This document shows positions 30,103 through 37,372 of a stretch of 64,000 nucleotides of DNA, in pieces (the first letter of the stretch is position 1; each line of letters opens with the position of its first letter). The position numbers and the translations under genes were made by a program. Source of the DNA: Pseudomonas sp. (GTDB lineage Bacteria; Pseudomonadota; Gammaproteobacteria; Pseudomonadales; Pseudomonadaceae); the NCBI RefSeq assembly GCF_033723075.1, contig NZ_JAWVXU010000007.1, positions 18,845 through 82,844 of the forward strand, given 5' to 3'. The notes under the pieces were generated by a model. That model was not told the DNA's origin and made no database searches. It saw nothing but the letters and a program-made list of their open reading frames with translations.

Positions 30103-30908
30103 GTGCGCGTACCCTGCTCGCGGGCCTGCTGCTCAGCATCGCCCTGCCCCTCTGCGCGGCCACCGAGGTCATCCCCCTGAATTACCGCACCGCCGATGAT
30201 GTGCTGCCGCTGGTGCAGTCGTTGCTGGGCAGCGATGGACGCGTCAATGCCTATGGCAACCAGTTGATCGTCAACGCCACGCCGGCCAAGATCGAGGAAA
30301 TACGCCAGTTGCTCGAGCAACTGGACACCCGCCCACGGCGCTTGCTGATCAGCGTCGACAGCTCGGAGTCCAGCTATCAGAGCGACCGCGGTTATCGCGC
30401 CGATGGCACGCTGAGCGCCGGCGATGCCCAGGTGCAGATTGGCCGGGGCGAAATCAACGGCCGCGACCAGGTGCGCATCATCAGCCGCACGACCGACAGC
30501 CGTGGCGGCGGCACCCAGCAGGTGCAAGCCACCGAAGGCTACCCGGCGCTGATCCAGGTCGGTCAGACCGTGCCCCTCAACTCGAGCAGCCGCGATCCTT
30601 ACGGTCAGGTGTACAACAGCACGGAATACCGTGACGTCACCCGCGGGTTCTACGTGACCGCCAGCCTCACCGGCGAAATCGTGCATATCGATATCAGCAG
30701 CAACCGCGACCGCCTGAGCTCATCGCAGCCCGGGGTAATCGACATCCAGAGCACCAATACCCGGGTCAGCGGCCGGCTTGGGGAATGGATCAGTATCGGC
30801 GGCGTCAACCAGCAGAGCCAGGCCGAGCACGGCGACGTCCTGCGCCAGCGCTCGACCCGGGGGCGCGAGGACATGACCCTGCGGGTCAAGGTCGATATCG
30901 TCGATTGA
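30099..30908 (+). CDS. Small secretin-like protein (NolW/N3-type domain plus compact secretin-like beta domain)
   Basis: Signal peptide; EVIPLNYRTADDV.P...GRV.A.GNQLIV.A N-domain; A.IQVGQ.VP, YRDV..GF.VT, T.V...GEWI.IGG strands. Confidence 0.7.
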   Translation: MSARTLLAGLLLSIALPLCAATEVIPLNYRTADDVLPLVQSLLGSDGRVNAYGNQLIVNATPAKIEEIRQLLEQLDTRPRRLLISVDSSESSYQSDRGYRADGTLSAGDAQVQIGRGEINGRDQVRIISRTTDSRGGGTQQVQATEGYPALIQVGQTVPLNSSSRDPYGQVYNSTEYRDVTRGFYVTASLTGEIVHIDISSNRDRLSSSQPGVIDIQSTNTRVSGRLGEWISIGGVNQQSQAEHGDVLRQRSTRGREDMTLRVKVDIVD

Positions 30909-30914
30909 AACCGG

Positions 30915-31091
30915 GAGGCTGTGAAAACCCTCGCCTACTGCGACCGCCTCCAGGCGCCCGCTGCTGACGTTGCGCCAGGTGAAAAACCGGGGGAGTTTAG
31001 TAAGCCAAATCCCCCGGCCTTTCAGCTGGCGCGCCTTGCCGCGAACGCGTGGGATCGCTCTTGCTACGGCGCTTGATATTTACACAAACCC
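30915..31091. repeat. Degenerate palindromic/MITE-like element upstream of the aceA promoter
   Basis: Begins GAGGCTGTGAAAA; nested arms GCGCCAGGTGAAA/TTTCAGCTGGCGC (12/13) and CCGGGGGA/TCCCCCGG. Confidence 0.5.
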
Positions 31092-31116
31092 TGACTCACC
31101 AGTCGTCGTAATACTT

Positions 31117-31144
31117 ATGTAGTAGTCGCGAAAAAGCACTACAA
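31117..31144. promoter_or_regulatory. RccR-type operator upstream of aceA
   Basis: ATGTAGTA-N12-CACTACAA, matching the ATGTAGTG-N12-CACTACAT pseudomonad RccR consensus as recalled; lies just upstream of a -35 TTGACG at 31150. Confidence 0.75.
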
Positions 31145-31585
31145 AACGTTTGACGAACACTATTAGCAGAGGCATCATGGCCTCGCTCCCGCTAATCAGG
31201 GGCCCTGAAAAGGGTCTCCGGATCGAGTTCCAGCTTACCGCCAGAACCGATTCGTGTTGTAAAGCCCACAAGGCCGTTCGACGAGATTGCGACTGGAACG
31301 AAGTTGTCCTGAGGGACGGGGAAGCGCTTCAACGTAACAGCCAGCAGACAGTTACAGCCTACTGAGTCGTCCAACGGCATCTTTGATCCGGTAAACGCCA
31401 AATGCCCCGATCATTTGCAGCAGCTGTAGTCAAACGCGCTGTTCGTTTCGTCCCCCTCCTCCCGCCTGCAACCGCGTCCTGGTCACTCTCTCTCGTACTG
31501 CTGTGAGCCCCCGCAACCATGACCCTCACAGGTTTTGAGTGGGAAAGTCGGTGCTCAACCAAACACATACATTGAAGGATTGACC

Positions 31586-33181
31586 ATGTCCGCTTATCAA
31601 AATGACATCAAGGCAGTAGCCGCTCTTAAAGAGACCAACGGCAACAGCTGGAGCGCTATCAACCCGGAGTCCGTGGCCCGCATGCGCGCCCAGAACCGTT
31701 TCAAGACCGGTTTGGAAATCGCCCAATACACCGCCGACATCATGCGCAAGGACATGGCCGAGTACGACGCCGACTCTTCCGTCTACACCCAGTCCCTGGG
31801 CTGCTGGCATGGGTTCATCGGTCAGCAGAAGATGATCTCCATCAAGAAGCACCTGAAGACCACCGACAAGCGCTACCTCTACCTGTCCGGCTGGATGGTT
31901 GCCGCCCTGCGTTCCGAGTTCGGCCCGCTGCCGGATCAGTCGATGCATGAGAAGACTGCAGTCTCCGACCTGATCGAAGAGCTGTACACCTTCCTGCGCC
32001 AGGCCGACGCCCGTGAACTGGATCTGCTGTTCACCGCCCTGGACGCCGCTCGCGAAGCCGGCGACAACACCAAGGCCGCTGACATCCAGAACCAGATCGA
32101 CAACTACGAAACCCATATCGTACCGATCATCGCCGACATCGACGCCGGTTTCGGCAATCCGGAAGCGACCTACCTGCTGGCCAAGCGCATGATCGAAGCA
32201 GGCGCCTGCTGCATCCAGATCGAGAACCAGGTTTCCGACGAGAAGCAGTGCGGCCACCAGGACGGTAAAGTGACCGTTCCTCACGCCGACTTCCTCGCCA
32301 AGGTCGCTGCTGTTCGTTACGCCTTCCTCGAACTGGGAATCGACAACGGCGTGATCGTTGCCCGTACCGACTCCCTGGGTGCCGGCCTGACCAAGCAAAT
32401 CGCCGTAACCAACGAGCCGGGCGACCTGGGCGACCAGTACAACGCCTTCCTCGACTGCGATGAAGTATCCACCGCCGACCTGAAAAACGGCGACGTGGTA
32501 CTCAACCGCGAAGGCAAGCTGCTGCGTCCCAAGCGCCTGCCAAGCAACCTGTTCCAGTTCCGCAAGGGCACCGGCGAAGCGCGCTGCGTACTGGACAGCA
32601 TCACCTCGCTGCAGAACGGTGCCGACCTGTTGTGGATCGAAACCGAGAAGCCGCACGTTGGCCAGATCGCCGAAATGGTTAACGAGATCCGCAAGGTGAT
32701 CCCGAACGCCAAACTGGTTTACAACAACAGCCCGTCCTTCAACTGGACCCTGAACTTCCGTCAGCAGATGTTCGACATCATGGTCGGCGAAGGCAAAGAC
32801 GTTTCCGCCTACGACCGCGCCAAGCTGATGAGCGTCGACTACGACGAAACCGAACTGGCTCTGCGTGCCGATGAAATGATCCGCACCTTCCAGCGTGACG
32901 GTTCGGCTCAAGCCGGTATCTTCCACCACCTGATCACCCTGCCGACCTACCACACCGCCGCGCTGTCCACCGACAACCTGGCCAAAGGTTACTTCGCAGA
33001 AGAAGGCATGCTCGCCTACGTCAAAGGTGTTCAGCGTCAGGAACTGCGTCAGGGCATCGCCTGCGTCAAGCACCAGAACATGGCCGGCTCCGACATTGGC
33101 GACAACCATAAAGAGTACTTCGCTGGCGAAGCGGCTCTGAAAGCTAGCGGCAAAGACAACACCATGAACCAGTTCGGCTAA
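31586..33181 (+). CDS. aceA: Isocitrate lyase (531-aa Pseudomonas type)
   Basis: YLSGWMVA, ADIDAGFG, IENQVSDEKQCGHQDGK active-site motif, LWIET, YNNSPSFNW. Confidence 0.98.
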   Translation: MSAYQNDIKAVAALKETNGNSWSAINPESVARMRAQNRFKTGLEIAQYTADIMRKDMAEYDADSSVYTQSLGCWHGFIGQQKMISIKKHLKTTDKRYLYLSGWMVAALRSEFGPLPDQSMHEKTAVSDLIEELYTFLRQADARELDLLFTALDAAREAGDNTKAADIQNQIDNYETHIVPIIADIDAGFGNPEATYLLAKRMIEAGACCIQIENQVSDEKQCGHQDGKVTVPHADFLAKVAAVRYAFLELGIDNGVIVARTDSLGAGLTKQIAVTNEPGDLGDQYNAFLDCDEVSTADLKNGDVVLNREGKLLRPKRLPSNLFQFRKGTGEARCVLDSITSLQNGADLLWIETEKPHVGQIAEMVNEIRKVIPNAKLVYNNSPSFNWTLNFRQQMFDIMVGEGKDVSAYDRAKLMSVDYDETELALRADEMIRTFQRDGSAQAGIFHHLITLPTYHTAALSTDNLAKGYFAEEGMLAYVKGVQRQELRQGIACVKHQNMAGSDIGDNHKEYFAGEAALKASGKDNTMNQFG

Positions 33182-33235
33182 TAGCCTGAGGTTCACCCGG
33201 TCAGGACTTCGCGTCTCGACCGAGTCCGCTACAAG

Positions 33236-33265
33236 AAAGCCCCGGCAGCGATGCCGGGGCTTTTT
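33236..33265 (+). terminator. Intrinsic terminator after aceA
   Basis: AAAGCCCCGGCA-GCGA-TGCCGGGGCTTTTT. Confidence 0.9.
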
Positions 33266-33479
33266 CATTTGATATATGCCCATTCGGGGGTGCGCGCGCT
33301 GTTGGCATCAGGCTCGTCCGGCTTGCTGCGCAACAGCGATTTGCCGAAGACGGCGATCGATATTCACAACCTCTGAAAGATGACTGTTTCATTGCTGCCC
33401 CCAGACATGCGTTGAATTGGGGGCAGCGAATGTATCCACGCAGCCCTCCCTGAGGCTGTAGCCTTGCCATAGCCCGAAC

Positions 33480-33493
33480 TTGTTCGAAATCAA
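33480..33493. promoter_or_regulatory. Anr/Fnr-like box upstream of the first dnr gene
   Basis: TTGTT-CGAA-ATCAA, one mismatch to TTGAT-N4-ATCAA, 70 bp before the ATG. Confidence 0.55.
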
Positions 33494-33562
33494 GGAAGCC
33501 CTGGGCGCCGACCTTCTAGCATGCAATCCCGAGCAATCCCGAGCTGCGTCGTGGGAGAAACC

Positions 33563-34240
33563 ATGCTGACCGAACCATCACTTGTCGCACAGTTGCGCCA
33601 TCATCACCTGTTCAGCCGGCTGCCGGAGGCGGCGCTGCAGGAGGTATGCGCCTCAGCCAACCTCAAACGCCTGGCTGCTGGCGCCTCGTTGTTCCACCAG
33701 GGCGACAAGGCCGAGCGCTTCTATTTCATCTTCAGCGGCCAGGTCAAGCTGCATCGGGTGGTTTGCGACGGTCAGGAAAAACTGGTGGAAATCATCCGCG
33801 CCGGCGAATCCTTCGCCGAGGCGCTGCTGTTTACCGGCGTGCCGCAGTACCCGGTCAGTGCCACCGCGCTGAAGACCTGCCAGATGGCCAGCCTGCACGG
33901 CGCACAGTATCGACGCCTGCTGGAAGAACACCCGAGCATCTGCCTGGATATTCTCGCCACCCTGAGCATCCGCCTGCATCAGCGTTTGAACGAAATCGAC
34001 ACCCTGACCCTGGCCAACGCCTGCCACCGGGTCAGACGCTTTCTGGCCCAGGCCCATGAAGAAGGCGACGGGGTGATCATGCTCGATGTGCCGAAGCGGC
34101 TGATCGCCTCGAAGCTGGGCATCCAGCCGGAAACTTTCTCGCGCATCCTCCATCGTCTGATCGACTCGGGCGTGATTGCCGTACAGCGCCGGCGTATCGA
34201 GATCATCGATCTTCAGGGGCTGAGTAACTACGACGACTAG
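33563..34240 (+). CDS. dnrS: Crp/Fnr family Dnr-type regulator (DnrS-like)
   Basis: LRHHHLFSRLPE, LFHQGD.A..FY, DGQEK, FAEA, HTH IAS.LGIQPETFSR; no Fnr Cys cluster; resembles P. stutzeri DnrS as recalled. Confidence 0.75.
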   Translation: MLTEPSLVAQLRHHHLFSRLPEAALQEVCASANLKRLAAGASLFHQGDKAERFYFIFSGQVKLHRVVCDGQEKLVEIIRAGESFAEALLFTGVPQYPVSATALKTCQMASLHGAQYRRLLEEHPSICLDILATLSIRLHQRLNEIDTLTLANACHRVRRFLAQAHEEGDGVIMLDVPKRLIASKLGIQPETFSRILHRLIDSGVIAVQRRRIEIIDLQGLSNYDD

Positions 34241-34258
34241 CAGGCCATAAGCCCGGAA

Positions 34259-34272
34259 TTGACTCTAGTCAA
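34259..34272. promoter_or_regulatory. Anr/Dnr-type palindrome upstream of the DGC gene
   Basis: Perfect TTGAC-TCTA-GTCAA, 60 bp before ATG 34333. Confidence 0.7.
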
Positions 34273-34332
34273 CGTCAGCTGCCGCACGCCGGTCAAACTG
34301 GACAGATTCTTGACGCTTGGAGGGCGCGCGCA

Positions 34333-34728
34333 ATGTCCAAGACCACCCTGCCCCTGGTTTACTCCTGCTCTGGCTGCTCCAACGTGGCGCAACTGGCGAA
34401 TACCCTCGCCGTGCGCCTGGATCGTGCCGGTCTGGCGGAAATGTCCTGCATCGCCGGGGTCGGCGGTCATGTCCCGGCGCTGGTGAACAAGGCCCGCTCC
34501 GGGCGACCGATCCTCGCCATCGACGGCTGCCCCCTGCATTGCGCCAGCGCCTGTCTGGCCCAGCATGGCATCGGTGCCGATGTGCATATCACCCTCAGCA
34601 GCTCAGGCCTGCGCAAACGCTATCGGCAAGATTGCAGCGCGGCAGAGGCCGACGCGCTGTTCGCGGACATGACCCGGATCATCGCCAGCGACCTCGGCCG
34701 CCCAGCTCGGGTGCAAGCAGCGGATTGA
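34333..34728 (+). CDS. DGC-domain putative zinc-binding protein
   Basis: VYSCSGCSNVAQLAN, MSCIAGVGG, ILAIDGCPLHCA motifs; GGAGG RBS. Confidence 0.85.
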   Translation: MSKTTLPLVYSCSGCSNVAQLANTLAVRLDRAGLAEMSCIAGVGGHVPALVNKARSGRPILAIDGCPLHCASACLAQHGIGADVHITLSSSGLRKRYRQDCSAAEADALFADMTRIIASDLGRPARVQAAD

Positions 34729-34750
34729 GCGACACGCCGCCAATACCATG

Positions 34751-34804
34751 GTCAAAACGACCCTAATGGTATTCATGACCCTGACCGAGGGCAGTCATAT
34801 TTAC
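34751..34804. promoter_or_regulatory. Three NorR/FhpR-type enhancer sites (GT-N7-AC)
   Basis: GTCAAAACGAC (34751), GTATTCATGAC (34769), GTCATATTTAC (34794), clustered upstream of a sigma54 promoter. Confidence 0.75.
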
Positions 34805-34846
34805 CATAACAACCGATTAAAGCCTTTAAATTCAATGAATTGCAGA

Positions 34847-34862
34847 TGGCACGCGGCTTGCT
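34847..34862 (+). promoter_or_regulatory. sigma54 -24/-12 promoter of dnrO-dnrD-dnrP
   Basis: TGGCACG-CGGC-TTGCT fits the consensus; IHF-like ATTCAATGAATTG at 34830-34842. Confidence 0.85.
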
Positions 34863-34930
34863 CAAGGATAAATAAGGATAGTTATCCATAATCGCGCCAC
34901 GAGTGCATGACCGCCATGCAGGGAGTCTCC

Positions 34931-35443
34931 ATGAAAAAAGTTCTGCAACCGCTAGCCTGGTATCTGGTCCTGACCTCGGTACTGGCCCTGGCCAGTGGCG
35001 TCGCCTTGAGTTTCGCCACCGACGTAGCGCTGGCCGCCAGCGGCGATCACCAGCACGGCGCCAACGCGCACCTGCCACTGCCGCCGCCAGGACAGAAATG
35101 GGCCACCGATCAACCCTTGCGTGAGGGCATGGCCCACATCCGCACAGCGGTCGAACAGGCACTGCCGACAACTCAGACGCCGATCGGTGTTACTCAGGCC
35201 AGCGAGCTGGCACTGATCATCGAAGCCGAGGTTGCCTCGATGATCAGCCACTGCGCGCTGCCGGAACAGGCCGATGCGACCCTGCACGGCCTGTTCGGTG
35301 AGCTGCAGCAGGGCAGCGAAGCCCTGCAGGCCAATGGCGACTCTGAACAGGCCATGCTCAGGGTGGTGACTACGCTCAACCGCTATCCGCACCTGTTCGA
35401 CGATCCTGCCTGGCAGACGCTGGCTATGCCCACGCAGCATTGA
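34931..35443 (+). CDS. dnrO: DnrO-family exported protein
   Basis: N-terminal hydrophobic segment, His-rich linker, GQKWATD.PLR.GM, C.L...ADA.LH, Y..LFD.P.W; precedes dnrD. Confidence 0.7.
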   Translation: MKKVLQPLAWYLVLTSVLALASGVALSFATDVALAASGDHQHGANAHLPLPPPGQKWATDQPLREGMAHIRTAVEQALPTTQTPIGVTQASELALIIEAEVASMISHCALPEQADATLHGLFGELQQGSEALQANGDSEQAMLRVVTTLNRYPHLFDDPAWQTLAMPTQH

Positions 35444-35558
35444 GTCGCGGCAGCCCCAGGTGGGCTGCCTGATAGAACTTCGTTGACCAAGCAAGATCGA
35501 TTCATCAGCCCGTCACGCCCAGGGCCGATCTTCACGCCAAACAATCAGGATGTCCTTT

Positions 35559-36242
35559 ATGGTGCTTCATCGCGTTCATCACCAGATTCTCCGCAGTCAC
35601 CACTTGTTCGAGCCGTTGAACGAAGAGCAGATGGATGAGTTGATGAGCACCAGTCAACTGCTCAGCATCGACAAGGGCGAGCCGCTGTTCCGCCAGGGCG
35701 AACCGGCCCATTCGTTCTATTTCGTCATCGCCGGCGCAGTGAAGATCTACCGCCTCACGCCGGATGGGCAGGAGAAGGTGTTCGAGGTCATCGGCAACCG
35801 GCAGACCTTCGCCGAAGCCATGATGCTGATGGACACGCCCAATTACGTCGCCTCGGCCGAGGCGGTGTGCCCCACGCAGCTCTACCGCATCGCCAACAGC
35901 ACCTACATGCGCCTGCTGCAGAGCAATAGCCGGCTGACCTTTGCCCTGCTCGGCAAGCTCTGCGTGCGCCTGCATCAGCGGGTCAACGAGATCGAAACCC
36001 TGTCGCTGAAGAACGCCACTCACCGCGTGGTGCGCTACCTGATCACCCAGCTCGCGCGCCAGCCGGACGCGGGCAACAGTTTCGAGTTGCCAATGGCCAA
36101 GCAGTTGATCGCCGGACACCTGTCGATCCAGCCGGAGACCTTTTCACGGATCATGCGCCGCCTGATTGACGAGGAAATCATCTCCCAGGAAGGCCGCCAG
36201 ATCGCTATTCTCGATCGCCTGCGCCTGGAACAGTTCGAATGA
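35559..36242 (+). CDS. dnrD: Heme/NO-responsive Crp/Fnr regulator DnrD
   Basis: MVLHRVHHQILRSHHLFEPL N-terminus as recalled for P. stutzeri DnrD; LSLKNATHRVVRYL; HTH LSIQPETFSR. Confidence 0.88.
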   Translation: MVLHRVHHQILRSHHLFEPLNEEQMDELMSTSQLLSIDKGEPLFRQGEPAHSFYFVIAGAVKIYRLTPDGQEKVFEVIGNRQTFAEAMMLMDTPNYVASAEAVCPTQLYRIANSTYMRLLQSNSRLTFALLGKLCVRLHQRVNEIETLSLKNATHRVVRYLITQLARQPDAGNSFELPMAKQLIAGHLSIQPETFSRIMRRLIDEEIISQEGRQIAILDRLRLEQFE

Positions 36243-36283
36243 AATGCCTGCCCTCGCGCCTGAGCGAACAATGAGCGGTTGCC

Positions 36284-36475
36284 ATGTCTAAATGCCTGTA
36301 TTGCCAACAAGACAACCCGGTCCAGCAACCTGAATGCCGCAACTGCGGCATGCCGCTGCCGGCTCTGGCCGACAGCGCCGGCGAACGGCGGCAGCGGCGC
36401 TTCCTGTGGTTCTGCATCGGCCTGACCGCATTCTGCGCCGCAATGATCGTCTGGTTGCCGCGCAGCATCGCCTGA
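36284..36475 (+). CDS. dnrP: DnrP-family small zinc-ribbon membrane protein
   Basis: CLYC..CRNCG ribbon, RRF.WF followed by a C-terminal TM helix; follows dnrD. Confidence 0.7.
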   Translation: MSKCLYCQQDNPVQQPECRNCGMPLPALADSAGERRQRRFLWFCIGLTAFCAAMIVWLPRSIA

Positions 36476-36485
36476 GCCGTGACGC

Positions 36486-36505
36486 GGTGCGCGTGCGCCC
36501 CCTAC
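36486..36505 (-). repeat. GTAG-type REP, single copy
   Basis: Minus strand GTAGGGGGCGCACGCGCACC; same family as 42147/44696/44858. Confidence 0.7.
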
Positions 36506-36718
36506 AGAAGCCTCCGTTCATCCACATCTCTGGTCGTCGAGGTGACAGAGGTTGTACCTGTTACCCCTCCACAGGACACGCGGATCAGCGCGGGGCCGAT
36601 GCCACCGCCGATGGTGCCCGCAGGCTGGTGTTGGCCGATGGCAGGCACACTACAAGTTTCGCAGCTAAGTCACGCCGCCATCCAGCACCAGACCGAGCCG
36701 CAGGAGCGGGAGCAGGCA

Positions 36719-37369
36719 TCAGGCGCTCTCCACCCCCACCCGGATCACCCCGGTATCGATGGCCAGATGCACCAGTTCGGCTTGTGAGCCGACCCGCAGC
36801 TTGTTCTTCAGCAGGGTCATGTAGTTGGACACCGTCTTGCCGCTGATACACAGCTTTTCCGCGATAATGCGGCTGGGTATGCCTTTGGCAAGCATTACGA
36901 AAATCTCGAATTCTCGCTGGGTCATGTCGCGCAGACGCGGGTCGATGCTGCCCTGATGCACTGGGTTGCAGGCCAGATGGGTGGCCAGCGGCTGCTCGAT
37001 ATAGGCATGCCCGGCCAGGGTCCGCTTGACTGCCTCGAGCAATACTTCCGGCGGCGAGGTCTTGGTCAGATAGCCGATCGCTCCGGCGTCCAGCGCCTGC
37101 CGCACCAGCGGCAATTCGTCATGCATGCTGAAGAACAACACCCGCAGTTGCGGCAAGCGCTGGCGCAGACGCCGGGTGGTTTCCAGGCCGCTGATGCCAG
37201 GCAGGCCGATGTCCATGATCACCAGATTGGGGATTTCTTCCTGCACCCGTTGCAGGGCCTGCTCGCCATCGCAGGCTTCGAGGACCTGCACGTCGGGCAG
37301 CAAGGCACGCAACAGGCTGGCATAGCCCTGGCGCACCACGGAGTGATCGTCGACCAGCAGGATCTTCAT
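36719..37369 (-). CDS. pedR2: NarL/LuxR response regulator PedR2/ExaE(EraR)
   Basis: ILLVDDH, MDIGLPGISGLETTRRLRQRLPQLRVLFFS, HAYIEQPLA, TQREFEIF..LAKG; resembles ExaE. Confidence 0.85.
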   Translation of the reverse strand: MKILLVDDHSVVRQGYASLLRALLPDVQVLEACDGEQALQRVQEEIPNLVIMDIGLPGISGLETTRRLRQRLPQLRVLFFSMHDELPLVRQALDAGAIGYLTKTSPPEVLLEAVKRTLAGHAYIEQPLATHLACNPVHQGSIDPRLRDMTQREFEIFVMLAKGIPSRIIAEKLCISGKTVSNYMTLLKNKLRVGSQAELVHLAIDTGVIRVGVESA

Positions 37370-37372
37370 TGA

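Noticed and set aside
31150-31365. 71-aa ORF in the aceA leader as a leader peptide
   Set aside because: Starts on the putative -35 hexamer, no RBS for the internal ATG, no informative codon runs
33394-33427. 10-bp perfect stem GCTGCCCCCA/TGGGGGCAGC upstream of dnrS
   Set aside because: Isolated hairpin with no U-tract, family match or other support
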